From Eledone cirrhosa (Eukaryota): DNA of 64,000 bases. The DNA is taken from NCBI GenBank assembly GCA_964016885.1, contig OZ024741.1, positions 203,918,001 through 203,982,000 of the forward strand, read 5' to 3'. Shown here piece by piece: positions 1-14,910 of the stretch. The notes under the pieces are model-generated. The model did not search any database and was not told the origin of the DNA. It saw only the letters and a program-made list of their open reading frames with translations. Both the position numbers and the translations under genes were made by a program. Position 1 is the first letter of the stretch; every line of letters starts with the position of its first letter.

Positions 1-1871
1 GGGAAGAAGGAAAGTTGATTAAATCGATTCCAGTGCATGACTGGTACTTTATTTAGCAACTCCATAACGGTGAAAGGCCAAGCTATATTAAATTATAATT
101 GTTTCTACTTTTGGCACAAGGCCAGCAATTACCCAGTATATTACTGGTACTTTATTTTATCAACCTCGTAAGGATGAAAGGCAAAGTTAACCTCGGCGGG
201 ATTTGAACTCAGATCGTAAAGGGACGTAACTATAAATTATAATGGAAGATTTTTAAAAAACATTTTAATCTGTTCAATACCAAATTGCCTCAAACTGCCT
301 CTGTTTCTATAATACAAAACTGTATATTTTATGTAAAAACTTTCCATCATGGTTTTATGTAGGAACCTTTATACAGCTAAGTGCTTCACCAAGTCTAAAT
401 CTAGTGCTGGCTGAACTGTATTCCGAGAAAATTCTAGACATTCTCTTCTTAATTCTGTTTGTCATCTAAAAGTAAATACTGTTGATATTTCTCCCTTCAT
501 TATTATGTAGGTGTAATTCATCTTTATTTTTAAGTTTACCTGCCAGCATTAGCCAAACAAGTGTTAATCTGTTGGATCAGAACTTGTTTGGATACAAAAT
601 AGACAAGCTAAATCTGTTTAAGAAATTCCTTACAATTTACAATATCATTTTAGGTTTGTTTGTTTAATTTATTTTCTTGCAGTAAACTAAATGCAGCTGT
701 AAATATTTTAAAACTTTCTTTTCCTAAGATGTTAGATTATGGGGAGGGTCAGGCTGCCAAATACCCAAATAAAAAATCATCAAATCAGCTCAAGGAAACA
801 ATGTTTATAGATCTTTCCATTTCTGACACTCTTTACTGGTTATAACTCCCAAAGGAGGAGAGATTTGAACAATTTTGTTAATCCACTGCTCCTGGACTAA
901 TACTTTATTTATCAATTCTGAAAGAATGAAAAGTAAAGTTCAAATTTCAATGAGATTTGAACTCAGTGCTGTAAGCCAAAACAAATACCAAGACATTTAA
1001 TCTGCTACTCTAATAACTCTGATAATTCACAATGTTAGATTAATTCATTGAAATAATATAATAATCCTGCCATTATGGTCTTTGTAGAGAAGAAACTCAG
1101 GTACAGTAAGACCTTAACAACCATATAGTCTATTGACTCTATAAGCAGCGAAATTGCAATTAGTATCAAGTTTGAAACAATGTCTAGCTCTCTACCTTCT
1201 TTATCTAAGATTCATGTTAATCTTTTTCATATTAATTCACCTGAAATCACCTCATGTTCTATGATAAAAATCTGTCAATTTTAAAGTGTTTATATATTAA
1301 AAAAAAAACTTCCTTCTTACTAAGAACTTTTGCTATTAACCAGCTTAATAACGAGAAAGTTAGTTATATTACTAAATCTCTTCAAATTCTTATTTTTAAA
1401 TTCTTATTTGAAAATCATCAGAAATATGGTCACAAAAGGGTTAATATTAAAATGTAAGAACCTTTTAAGTTATGCTCCAAACACCAGCTTAAAAAAGGAA
1501 AAGCTTAAACGCTATATCAGGGATATATATTGACTAATATAGATTATAGCTGTAAATTACCTGAAAGGGCTATGTAATGAACAGTAGGTGAACTTAAGGA
1601 TGCTTATCATTACAGGTGGGTAGATCTATTTCTATAGAGATTGGTAACCTCTTAATATCACTTAGTGGTGTGTAACTACCTCCACCACCACTGTACATCC
1701 TGGGGAGATTAGAACAGAATCTTAATAAAATTAAGGACAATAGTGTTTATGGTTTAATTATGATTTCTAATTTTGGAACAAGGCTAGCAATTTTCTGGGA
1801 TGGGAATATATTTTATCTACTAGGTTGATGAAAGTAAAGTTGATATCAACAGGATTTAATCTCAAACTTAA

Positions 1872-2067
1872 CCCTTTAGTATTTACATTACTCTATATAT
1901 ACTATTATATTTTCGTGGTAAAGACTTTCTCACATAATATCAAATTTAGGAAATTTTGATATTATTTATTTTGAGAACAATACCTTAATATCAGTATGAG
2001 TGGCCGGTTTAAACAGAAAGAGGTGAGAGAATTCTGTCCAGATATGACCAGTTTAAATGCTAAAGGG
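1872..2067. mobile_element. piggyBac-type MITE
   Basis: TTAA^CCCTTTAG(T/C)ATTTA ... TAAATGCTAAAGGG^TTAA. Confidence 0.8.
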
Positions 2068-2381
2068 TTAAAGGGCTGTAACTAGATACCTTGAGGCATT
2101 TTGTCCAACATTCTACTTATTCTGCCAATTTGCTGCTGTTATATTAATGATTTCTAATTTAGGCAGACAGCCAGCAGATTTGGGAGAAGAACGAAGTTCA
2201 TTAAATCATCCCCAGTACTTGACTGGTACTTTATTTTATCAATCCCAGAGGGATAAAAGATAAAATGAACCTCAGCAGGATTTAAAATCCAAATATTGAA
2301 AGCCAGCAAATACAACATTGGCATTTTATCTGATGCTCTACCAATTCCACCAATACTTATAAACTGCCAATACCATATAAT

Positions 2382-2568
2382 TGTTTCTACTTTTGGCACA
2401 AGGCCAGCAATTACCCAGTACATTACTGGTACTTTATTTCATCGACCCCGTGAGGATGAAAGGCAAAGTTAACCTCGGCGGGATTTGAACTCAGAATGGC
2501 AAGGACTGTAACTCTATGCGTCAAAGCATGGCGTCCGACCCTCTACTGATACTGCCAATCCACCGCCC
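2382..2568 (-). mobile_element. tRNA-derived SINE, full length
   Basis: B-box gagttcaaatcc, central actttgcctttcatcc..ggggtcgat..aaagtaccag, tail ggccttgtgccaaaagtagaaac; TSD taccatataat. Other copies near 100-230, 7230-7330, 12535-12700, 18070-18270, 20955-21230, 27055-27220, 28162-28280. Confidence 0.9.
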
Positions 2569-4337
2569 TACCATATAATGAAAGTAGAATTTAGTTAGGT
2601 TCAATTTTGTCATTGAGTAACATGAAATTCTCACCTTTTTAAATGCAGCTCACAATAAAAAAATTATCAATAACAGTTTTTGTTATACAACTTAAACTTT
2701 CTTTATTCAAATGCACATATTTTGCAGCATTACATACTTTTTATTCTTTCATCACTCATTAGAATGTGGCCATGCTGGGGCACTGTCTTGAAAGGATTTA
2801 GTCGATCCTATTGACCCCAGTATTTATTTTTTCAAGTCTGCTACACATTTTATTGATCTCTCTTTCTGTCAAACCACTAAGCTATGAGATGTAAACAAAC
2901 AAATATAAATACACACTCAACAGGCCTCCACACAGCATCTGTCTGCCAAATTTCATTCACAAGGCACTGGTTAACCCAAGACTATAGTAGAGGACACTTG
3001 TCCAAGGTAGCATGCAGTGGTGTTGAACCCCAAACCACAGCAAAGTTAACTCCTTACCCACACAGCCATGTCTTCACCTAGTTATTCAGTTTAAGAGGAA
3101 AAAAAAACAAATTTGAAAACAATGTTTTTGAGAATGATAGAATGAAAAAATGCAGACTAAACTGGCATTTGAGGAATGCAAATGTACTGCAAAGCTAGCA
3201 TTATTCATTTGAAAAGCAAATGTTTGGTTATTTGTCATTCTGCATTCTCCTTAGTTAACTAACATTCTAGCCAGGTTAGGACTCTGCCTTCTAGGGATTT
3301 AATCAATCATATAGACTGCAGTCTGTTTTGTATTTTATCGATCGTTCTTTCGTGAACTAAGTTACAGGATATAAAAGGGTACAACATAAATGACACCACA
3401 AGTAAACACACATCATCATTTAACATCCACTTTCCTTGCAAGGGTTGGATGGGACTTCACAAACCAAGTCTGAAGTGGGGCTACTAACCTACCAGACAGG
3501 CCAGTGGTCAGCATCTCACTGACATACTGTTCCACATTCTACCAAGTGCATTTTATCATGAAACCAGCACAAGGGAGGTTGTTGTGTCTTTGACACAACT
3601 AGGGGAAAGGTACTCCCAACCCTTTAACAAATTTTCTACAGCCAGATGCCCTTCCTATCGCCAACTACTTTACAGCATGTACTGGGTGTGTTTGTCGTGT
3701 AGGTCACCATCACTAGGGATGTTGTTACATCCTTACACAACTGAAGAATCCTCCCAACCCTTTGTTTGACAAGCTTTCTACAACTGGATGCCTGTCCAAA
3801 CACCTAACACTTTACAGTATGTATGGGTGTGTTTATAATGTAGATCACCAACACTAGAGAAGTTGTTGTGCCATTGACAAAACTGAGGGGTCTTCTCAAC
3901 CCTTTTAGGAATTATTTCTACAATGGGGGCCATTTTCATGGCACTGTCATTAAAGCAGTTGTTGGTCATAGTTCGAAATGAAGAACCCTCATTGCTCTGT
4001 GGAGTTTGTGAAGGAGGTGATAGGTATTAAGTTGTGTATGGCAAGTGTGGTGATTTGGCAGGATGATGAATAAGGGGTGAAAGTGAGTGATAGTATATAG
4101 GGAGAAGAGATATAATGGTGTTGGGGTGTGATTGTGTGGTCAACAGTGTGCAGGGAGGAGGTAGTGATGGGAGAAATAGCTAAGGGGTTTTAGTGGAGGA
4201 GGTGCATAGGTGTGGGCTGGGGACTTTGGTGGGAGAGGTGTGTGGGGATTGGGGAGGTGGGGATTTGGGCATGTGTTAGGATGCAGGAGGCAAAAGGAAG
4301 GGGTAGAGGTGAAGGTGGTGCACACTAGATGTATGCT

Positions 4338-6060
4338 TCAGCCTGTGCTCATGGGATAGCGGATCTTCTGTATTACTACATATGACCAGAGATCTCGGAC
4401 CTTTGAGAGGTGCAGTTGTACAAGGTCAGCTTTTATCACCTCATCCCAAGTTTTCCTGGGTTTCCCTACTCCATGGTTTTCATCAACTTTGAGCGCTCTG
4501 CACCTTTTTATACAGCAGCCATACTTCATACACATTACATGTCCATACCAACACAATGTCCTCTCCTGCAAACTACATCTGATTCCTTTTATGCTTATTT
4601 TCTCTTTCAGTTCATTTATGCTTTGCCATTCACATGTATAACTATTACAGACATTGGAGCATGCAAGCTTCATTTCTTTCCAGTCTCCACAAGTCCTCTG
4701 CACACAGTGCCCAGGCCTCACTAGCATGCAATATTGCTGTTCATATGCACACATCATACAGTCTGCCTTTCATTTTGAGGGAAAAGCCTTTTGTAGCTAA
4801 CAGTGGTAGTAGCTCCTGGAACTTCTTTAATCCCATTCTCATTCTGGCTACTGTACTTTCAAAACACCAACCTCTGTTGCTAATTTGGTCACCCAGGTCG
4901 CAAAAGCTCTCTCCTGTCTCTTTCAAACCTTTCCAGAATTTGATAGTGCTTATTACCTGTGGTCGTTTGTTGCTTACTGTCCCAGTGCAACACCTGCATG
5001 TAAAATCTATGTTTTAACTAAACTACCTGATATCCCACTACATCTCTTGTGTACCCATAGTTTGCATTTGGGACAGAGGATGGAATTTCTACCTACACCT
5101 TTCCTACACACTGAGCAAGGCCATTTTCCTGAAGGGATCAGGGCTCTGTTTACTCTTCTTTCTTATTCTTTGTCAGGTTTACTTTAACCCTTTAGCATTT
5201 AAACTGGCTGTATCCTCTCAGAATTCTCTCACCTTTTTCTGTTCAAACTGGCCATAACAGGCCACTCATAGTGATGTTATGGTATTGTTCTCAAAATAAA
5301 TAATATCGAAATTTCATAGATTCAATATTATGTGAGATAATTATGTGAGATAAAGTGGTTAAGACCCTTTGTTTTTAGGCCATGCTTCCAGGTTTAGAAT
5401 TTCTTCTCTAATTCTGCCATTTACTCATGAGTGTAAGATCATCCATGTACAGGAGTTCTCATGAGCAGCTGGTCTTAAACTCCTCTGTTATACCCTGAAG
5501 TACGATAATAATCAGGAGAGGGCTAAGAACAGATCCCTGGTGGACCAACCTACATGCTAAATTCCTCGCTATAGTCTTTGTTAATCCTAACTTTGCTGAC
5601 TGCTTCCCTGCTTGTACAGCCTTCACAAGCCACTCATCTATGCCTAGTTTTCTAAGAGCCCTCCAGATTATGGCATGGGGAACTCTGTCAAAAGCTTTCT
5701 TCAGATCAACAAATGCCAAGTAGATTGGCTTACTTTTAGCTAGGTACTTCTCCTATAGGTGCTTCACAAGAAAGAGTATGTGTGGTGCTTTTACCTGACA
5801 CAAATCTGAACTCATTTAAATTAACCCGGTCTCTAATCAGCTGTTCTATAACTCCTTATGTTACTTTTATGACCTGGTCCATCAACTTGATGCCTCTATA
5901 GTTTCCTCTATCTAGTGCATCTTCTTTACCCTTGTAGCTATTGACAATGATGTTGCTGTGCAAATCATTTGGTATGATACCATTTAGTATTATTTGGTTT
6001 TCAATACATGTGGTTAAGGTGTAACCCAGCGACCCAGATGATTTCAGCATCTCGGCAACT
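4338..6060 (-). mobile_element. Degraded RTE LINE (same family as 59357-60836), interrupted by a TTAA MITE at about 5188-5358
   Basis: Broken ORFs NYRGIKLMDQ, FVDLKKAFDRV, HQGSVLSPLL, LGDQIS, WYGHV, GKPRKTW. Confidence 0.88.
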
Positions 6061-9000
6061 CTCCCTGATGGACACACATATAATAAGCTTCTGCACAGTT
6101 TCATCATCATTTAACATCCAATTTTTCAAAGCTGGTATATATTGGGTCATTACAGACCAAGTTAGTACTTAATCAAAGGTACTGTCCTCTTAGATGGGCC
6201 ACATACTACTTACATATATTCCAATTTTGTCATGGTTTCTACAACAGGATGCCAAGTACTTTATAGACTATACTACTTGTATTTTATCATAACACAAGTA
6301 CTAGGCAAGTTGTCATGTCTTTCGCATTATTTCCATGTCCTCTCAACACATTTTGGCATGATCAATGTTGCTTTGCATGATAGGACTGGGGCTTGTTATC
6401 ATTCAAATACATAAGAAACCTCATATAAGACATCTCATGAGGTCAACTAAGCCAACATAGTTGTAATCTGAAAACTCAGGATTCTCTCACGTCTTTCTAT
6501 TCAAACTGGCCATAACTGGCTGCTTATACTTATGTTAAGGTGTTGTTCTTAAGATGAATAATATCAAAATCTCATAGATTCGATATTATGTGATATAATT
6601 ATGTGAGGTAAAGCCTTTACCATGAAAATACAATAGTAAATATGGAGTAATGTAAATGCTAAAGAGTTAAAGAATCACAGTTTTTACAAATTTGTATAAT
6701 TATATATATAATTTCCTGCAATCAATAAATAAATCACGGAGCATATTTGCTGTGTTGCAGTGTTGTAGAAATATCCATTAGATGGAGAAAGGGTTGCATA
6801 AATGGGAGAATGAGGCACACATTGTAAAGTTAGTCTTGGGCACTAAATACCCAAGCACTTCCCCTGCTTATATATGTTGATCTCTAAATAAGAATAAACA
6901 TCACTCACTTCCAAAATATTACAAGTCTTCAGATGTAATCTTAGATAAACTTCATATATTTCTCATTGAAACAAATACTTGCTAAGCAAACATCTGCCTG
7001 TACATATTGTACATGGATGTATATCTTAATGGCAACTATCTTTAGCCAAAATGCGTTGGCTCCAGCAGTGTGTTAGATCTGACAGTACATAAATAAATAT
7101 ATGTTAGAATTTAAATTAAGAAGCAAACCAACTGAAATAACAGTTGCTTATTCAGCTTTACTATGGCAACCTCACAACCAACCCCCACATGACCAAACTA
7201 TGTAATGACTCATAAATGGTGAAGATTATTACTTGACTTTGCCTTTCATCCTTACGGGGTCGATAAAATAAAGTACCAGTAATGCACTGGGTAATTGCTG
7301 GCCTTGTGCCTAAAGTAGAAACAATTATTACTTTTAACCCTTTTCATACAAAACCTGACCAAAAGCAACTACCATTGCCATCATCATCATCATTATTATT
7401 ATATATCTGTTATTCATACTGGCATGGATTTATGAAGTATCATAGTCAGAGACTAGATGGATCAACAAACCATGTCTTGCTCATAATTCCATACTTTGCC
7501 ATGGTTTCTACATCTGGATGCCCTTCCTAACATCAACCTCTTTACAGTGTTCTGGGTGCATTTTATTGTGAAACATGGGTTCTATGAAACAAAACCTTTA
7601 AAGGGCTCCTATTAAAAATTAAAATCCTCTAACATAATTTTATAAAAGAGCCCCTTTTTTTAAGTAACAAATACTATCTTAAAAATGAAATAATTAATAA
7701 TATTACTTAATTCCTCCAAATTGTTCATTAATTTATTCAAATACAGTGTGCTTTATTCTAGTTTTAATTTTTCATATGAATGTTATCTGTCATTAGGTTC
7801 CTGAATTACAATTTTAATATCTTCATTCAGCAATGAATAATATACACCTGCCATGTTAGCAATATCAGCCTGGATGGTAAATAACCAATCAAGAAATCTG
7901 TTTTAGTATTTTAAGAGAACTATGTAGATATACCAACTTGCTTAGAAGTTTTCATTATTATTTTTTTTTTTTAAATAGGAAATATTTGTATTAACTCTTA
8001 ACAAAAACATCCTGTACCACATAAAACTACATTAGCAAGACATCTTTGACTGCATTACATTAAAAATTTACACTAAACTTTATTCTAATACTGTAAATTT
8101 TCACAATGTACTATTTATCAGTAAGCATTTGTATTAACAAACCTGCTTTTAGATATTTTCTGCTAAATCATTGAGGAATATTAAGAGTTAATGATGTTCA
8201 TTAGCTATTATTTGTCAAGGTTCTACTAACCAAACGTATAGGCTCATTTTGTTGATCCTTAATTACCCCCTTTTCTAGCCCCTTTCCACTGGGTGCACAA
8301 GGTATGGATACAGCTATTGTATCTTAGTCGCTGACTCAGCTCCATTAAACAAGTAACTTTGGATGTTGAATATTTATGCTATAAAAATCTTAGACACATG
8401 TGACTAAGCATATATTGGTGATGTAAAAACATTGATCATTCAAAATTTAAACATCAGTGATATTATCATATTTCACTCTGGTTGATGTCTTCCCTGGGTT
8501 AGTATACAGAACCATTAGAACATTGAATAGAATGCTTTGCAGTATTTGTTTTGGCTCTCTGCACTCTGAATTTAAAATCCTGCCGAGATTATCTTTTTGA
8601 GGTTGAAAAAGTATTAGTCTAATACAAGTGGTTAATTCACTTTCTCTGGAAGTAATCAGCTGTTCTGACCTGGAGAGAGATGGGCTCGACTGGGTTTAGA
8701 ATACCTAAAGCAAGCTGGACATCCTGATGGTCTCCTGTGACTTCATCAAGAGTTCAGGGCCTATGGGGGAAGAATTAAATGAGTTTCTTGAGAATCAAAT
8801 ACTGCTGTTGTGGACTAAATATCCTTCATTGAATTAGTCTTCTTAGAATCAGTTAACTTCACTATATATCTACAATATTCTCATGATTTTTACCTTGGTC
8901 CTATATCTTACAGTAATCTTTGCAGCTCCTACTCCAGATAGTACCCAGTTTCTTATATTATCTTTAGGTACCTTAATTTTCTGTTTGTTAAGACTTCTAA

Positions 9001-9934
9001 CTTCCCATCTGTTTCTTTGTATCATATTACTAAACTACTGTTATCACCTTTTTTATGCTTACAAATATCTTGACATTTTCTTTTGACTATCTATACTACT
9101 TAACTCAGCAATCATCTTGTAATAATGTCAATAAAACTTAACTTTCTTTCCTTTAATGTTGAAAAGGTGTCTTATCATAATCATTTTATGTCTGCATTTC
9201 CATGTTGGCATAACCTGTAATATAACTATATTTCTCCAACAGTTAATATCATTTACCTACTAAAGAAGGGATTAGCCTTTCAGTCCCCAAAACAAGCTTC
9301 TACACAGGTGTAGCAAATATTAGACACTGCTTTCCGTAGTTTTTCATCATCCCCTCCTTCCTTAGTCAACGTCATTACCCCTTCCTTCCTCAGTCATCTC
9401 CAGTGTGTGGCAAACAAATACACAAGGCTTTTATATTTGTAGATTTCTCCTACAACTACAAGCATGTTGGTATCATTTACCTGTTAAAGAAGAGATTAGC
9501 CTTTCAGTCCCCATAACAAGCTTCTCCATTTTGCACTACTGTCTGTATCCCTTCCTTGCCAACCCTTCCTTGCCAACTCATAAGATGTGATTAAAAAATG
9601 TTGGCAACGCAGCTATATCATTAATATAAAGTTTTGAAATAAGGTTAGCAGTGATTTGGGAAATAGATCAACAAAAATAGTTAGTTGCATCATATGGAAG
9701 TTTCTGCAGGTTCAGTTACTGTGAAATCTACTGGAGTGAGTACTTTAAGCTGGATATACATTTCAACATTAATTCAAATGGAAATAGCACTCCTTTTTTC
9801 ATCATCATTATTTAATGTCCATTTTACCTGTTAGCAAAGGTTGGACAGATCATCACAAACCAAGTTAGGACTTAATTAGAACTGTTGGCCTCCCAGGTAT
9901 GCCAGGGACTACAATTTACTTACATGCATTCTTG

Positions 9935-10440
9935 CACTCCACTAAGTGTACCAGGTACATTTTATGGTGGCACCAATGCTAGGAAGGCTATCATGTTTTT
10001 GATACAACTGAAGAGGCTTTCTGACTCTTTGTTTAACAAATTATCTATGGCTGGTTGCCTTTCCTATTACCAAACACTTTAATGGGTGTACTGGGTGCGT
10101 TTATGGTATCACCAACACTAAAGAGGTTGTCATGCCTTTCACACAACTGAGAGTCCTCTTGATTTTTATTTGACATAACTTCTACAAATGGAGCCCTTCC
10201 TATCACCAACCACTTTAAAGTGGTACTGAATGCATTTTTTCGTGATATCAGCACTTGGGAGGTTGTCGTATCTTTGACACAACTGAAGAATCTTCTTGAC
10301 TCTTTGTTGTAAAGTTTTCTACAACTAGATGACCATTCTATCAACAACTATTTACAGTGTGTCCTGGATGCACTTTATCATGTCACCAACACTAGAGAGG
10401 TTGTGTGCCCTTGACAAAATTAAGGAGTCTTTTCAACCCT
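9935..10440. repeat. Degenerate tandem array of a 120-130-bp dispersed repeat
   Basis: Recurring ttctacaactggatgcccttcctatcaccaaccactttacagtgtactgggtgcatttt..caccaacactagagaggttgtc; similar arrays at about 3540-3930, 30305-30590, 47260-47520. Confidence 0.7.
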
Positions 10441-11186
10441 GTAATGAGCTATAACTTAGCAAGTAGAATGAGCTTTATTAAAGAATTCATTTAAATAATT
10501 ATCATCATTCTTTTAACTTCTTTGATACTTAACTAGCTTTGGTTCTATGAAACAAAGTCACCCATTTTAAAGGGTTCCTATTTAAATTAAAATCTTCCTA
10601 CACAATTTTATATAAGAACCATATATTAAGTTACTATCTCAGAAGTCGAATAATCAATAATTTCAGTAACTCCCTCAAAATTATTTATTAATTGAAATAG
10701 TATATTTCATTAGAAATACATTTGCAAAAGGGTTAGCATTCAATTTTTCCTGCTGGTATAGCTTGATTGAGTCAGCAATTTAACAAATTGTCACGTCTCA
10801 ACTATGAAACCCAATGTACATCCTCCATTTTCTTTCATTTTTCCTTTCCACAAACACCTTCTACTCATATCCAATGTTGGAGCTACTTAAGATATTTCTA
10901 GAAACAGCTTACTGCAATATTTCATAAAGATTTCTTTTATTTATTTTTTTACTTTTTAATGCTTGCAATTCTCTCACAGCTGAATCTTTTAAAATGTTAT
11001 ATTTGTTATATTTCAAAGGAATTTTTAAACAGCTTTTATCTTGAAACTAACTGGTGTTGATTTTCATTAGCAAGTGTCATAATATAAGGTTACTTTCAAC
11101 CAGGCTTCATACATTTATCTCACCTCTGCACTTCAGTCAGTAGATTTGTTGCCTAACACCCAGGCTTGGACTGACTTAGAATTTAA

Positions 11187-11429
11187 CCCCTTTTGATACT
11201 AAACCACCTGAAACTACCCCTGGTTCTGTGTTACCAGGCTGTTTGTTTCAAAGTGTTTATTTTTATCTAAAAAACTTTCATCAAAAGTATATGTAAGAAC
11301 CTTTATGATCCAAACACCAGCTTAATAATGAGAAAGTTAATTGTATTATTAAATCCCTCCAAATTCTTTATTATTTTCAAAATTATTTCGAAATAATAGG
11401 CAGTTATTAGAAATATGGTAATGAAGGGG
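11187..11429. mobile_element. piggyBac-type MITE (about 240-bp family, many decayed copies)
   Basis: TTAA^CCCC...GGGG^TTAA; relatives near 25285-25500, 37159-37390, 39790-42130 (split by the LTR element), 44435-44690, 49425-49680, 52170-52380. Confidence 0.75.
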
Positions 11430-14400
11430 TTAAAACAGATATCATGAATGTACAATGAAGAATTGGAGAAAGAAAATAAAACAATGCCATTTTGTTTTAT
11501 TGTTTACTTCAACTGATTCTATTTCATTAACTATTTATTTGATTAATGGATTACTGGATGTTGTTGTCTTTCAGAAGAGGTTATTTTAAATGTGAAGAAT
11601 GGCCTCTTTATATTTTATATCTATATACTACAGACTGAAAATAGCTGTTCAACAAATATCTATATAATATAAACAAATAGTTTCTTACAAACAGGTTTGA
11701 CTGCTCTAGGTTAACCCCCCAAAAACGACCCTTTCTTCTAGATGTGCACCCTACTCTCCAAAATAAAATAATTTCAACTTATAGTTTGGCAAGCTGATAA
11801 ACCTGGCTTTTGACATTTCTTCCTCTGATCACACTAAGAAAATTATTAAGCTTGCATTTTCCAGTATACACTCCATATTCACCCATGCCAAATCATGTGA
11901 CAGGTCATAACACCATACAACACTCTCCACTATTTCGGATATTTCCATAACCCTGCTACACAGCAAAGATGTTTAAATTACTATATATCTAATTCATCAT
12001 CATCATTATCATCACCATTTTACATCCGCTTTTTCCTGCTTGTAAGGGTGGGACGGGAACTGATTCTGGCTTGATTTCTACAGCTGGATGCCCTTCCTAA
12101 CACCAACCTCATTTACAGTGAGTGGTGGGTGCTTTTATTTTTGCCGTGGTACCTCCACGACCACTTTACAGTGGAATGATATGGACCCCACTCATATCAT
12201 CTCATTTCTACAGCTGAGTAAACGGGAGCAATGTGAAATAAAGTGTCTTGCTCAAGGAAACAACACACCTGAGAATTGAACTCACAACCTTTCGATTTCA
12301 AGCCCAATCCTCTAACCACTAAGCCATGTGCCTCCATTTGTATAAAACTAATCCTTTAAGATTTAGTAATGCACCTCTTGAGTCCTGAGCTCTAGGTACT
12401 GCTTAGTTGGCTTTAATGGTAGTTCAATTAAGGTCAACTTGGCCAAAAATTTACTCCTGTGATCAGTCAGTGCTGGTAATTTTTAACGCTTGTGATGTTT
12501 CCTTTGCCTCTTTCTCACCTCACTGAGATCAATAATTGTTTCTACTTTTGGCACAAGGCCAGCAATTACCCTAGTTCATTACTGGTGGTTTATTTTATCA
12601 ACGCCGTTAGGATGAAAAGCAAAGTAAACCTCAGCAAGATTTAAACTCAGAACATAAAGCATGGTGTCAGACGCTCTACCGATACTACCAATCCACCACC
12701 CTGAGATCATCAATGCTGTGTTTTGGTGTGTATCTGTTGGACTTAAATAGGTTCTAAAGATGGGTCTTCTAGTTGTTCAATCAATGAAAGCACCTGTTTA
12801 TTAAATTAAAATGTAAGCAGCTGAGCATTCCACAAACATATGTTTCCTTAACATAATTCAACATGTCACTTTGAATTGTAGTTACAGACTATCTTGTATT
12901 ATAGTTTCAGTAGCTGAACATTCTACAGACACATGTACTTTGAACGTAATTCTCAGGGAGATTCAGCATGACATGTCTGGCTCTTTGAATTACAGGTACT
13001 ACTCAGTTTTGCCAACTGGGTGGATTGGAGTAACATGAAATAAGACATATTAAACAATCTTAGCTTCCAGTCACTTGCCAGACAACTAAAACTGGCTAAA
13101 ATGATTCTTTTATAATATAATTTCTTTAGTTAGTATTAACACACGGTCAAGAACAGGTCAATTGCCAAACAAGTTCATTGAATGAAATATCAATATTGAA
13201 CATTGATTTCTATCAAACAATGCTTTCTGTTCAATATTTGTTTTCTAATGTATTTCCCAATGACATAACACAAGGATGAGGATATTTATTTTTTTGTATT
13301 GGAGAAATGTTATTGTTTGAAACAATGGAGAAAGTAGGATACGTTTGCAGAGGAGATGTTGACAACCCCATTTCAGCTAATATAGAACATATGTTGAACT
13401 TTAGTTGAAGACATCATGTCTAAGACCATGCTGGAGCATAAAAAGGCATGGCTTAGAGGGTAATGTGTTGGACACATAAGGTCATGGATTCAATTCCTAG
13501 ATCAAGCAGTACATTGTGCTTTTGAGCAAGATGCTTCATTTCATACCTGTATAACCTATGTGATATAAACTCGTAGGTGGCCAGCTAACTCTACATAGAT
13601 GTTAGTGTGACATCAATAACATAAGACTAGGGTCTATGTCATCAAAGCACCTGAGAAACCTATGACATACAACCTCGTAGGAGGCTAGTTAAACAAACCT
13701 TCATGTCTGTAAACTGTGACAAAATAATAAAACCAAGATCTCTTATTATTAAAACACCCAAGCAACATCCTATGTAATGCAACACTGGTAAACCTATATA
13801 GGTGTGAGTAGTAAATTACATTTTTTATTTCATATCATTTGAAGCATTGCTAAATAAAGGACAGTTAATAATAGCTTTTCCTTAACATTATTTTAAATGC
13901 ATGGCTGAGTGGTTATGAAGTATATTTGACAAGTATAAATCTTGGATTGAATCTTGGGCTCAACCATGAGATCTGTGTTATCTTGGGCAAATAATTTTAA
14001 CATAGCCTTAGTTTAACCTAAGTCTTGTGTGTGAAATAGGGCGGATGGAAACTATGTAGAAGCCTGTCGGATACATTGTACCTGTAATTCAAATATTAAG
14101 CCTTATTACAAATTGTCTTATGTTGATTTGGCTTTAGAATTATGTTAAATGTATGCATGGAATACTCAACCACATATGCATCAAACATTTCCTTATCTAT
14201 CTAAAAATAGATAATTAAATATTTGAGAGTTGTATACAAATATACAGCATATATCAATATCAAGTTTGACTGGTAGGTATGGCCAAGACTGTTTTCATAG
14301 TTTTATATGAAGTAAACAGCCCAATAGCAAAGCTGGTTGCAATGGGTATCTATGCAAAACAAAAGATTTGCCATTGAAGTCAGCTACAATACATATATCA

Positions 14401-14910
14401 AGAAATGATTTCACCTATTTCTATTGTATATCTGCTCTATTTTTGATACAATCACTGATTGAATTTTCTCCCAATGAAAGGCATTGAAAAGGTTATTTCT
14501 TTAATGATTTCTAAGATATATTAGTACTAAGAATCTATAAATTTAAGAAAGCTCTTATTGTCTATAATTGAATCTATATTCATTATATTAATTGGTTTCT
14601 AATGTGAGAAGTTATGTTCCCAACATTTTTATTTTCTTCATCAATAACATCTGGAACCACATCAGCAAGACATTCTTGAATAATGATGAAAAATGAACTA
14701 TGATTATATCACTAACTCTATACTTTTCTACATCACAAACTCTAGACTTTAATACTGAAAATGTTCACCAGTAAAGATATTTTAAACATTTGAATAAGAA
14801 AACCCAGATTAGCATAACATGCTTCAAAAGTACAAAGCAGCACTATGACGACATCTTGTAAAAAAAATTTGAAGTTTTAATTCTATTTGTCCAATAGTAA
14901 ATCATCATTA

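Noticed and set aside
1-14900. Possible upstream myosin exons or a second gene
   Set aside because: No myosin motifs (GESGAGKT, LEAFGNAKT, ERNFH) or convincing spliced ORF recognised; short exons could have been missed by eye
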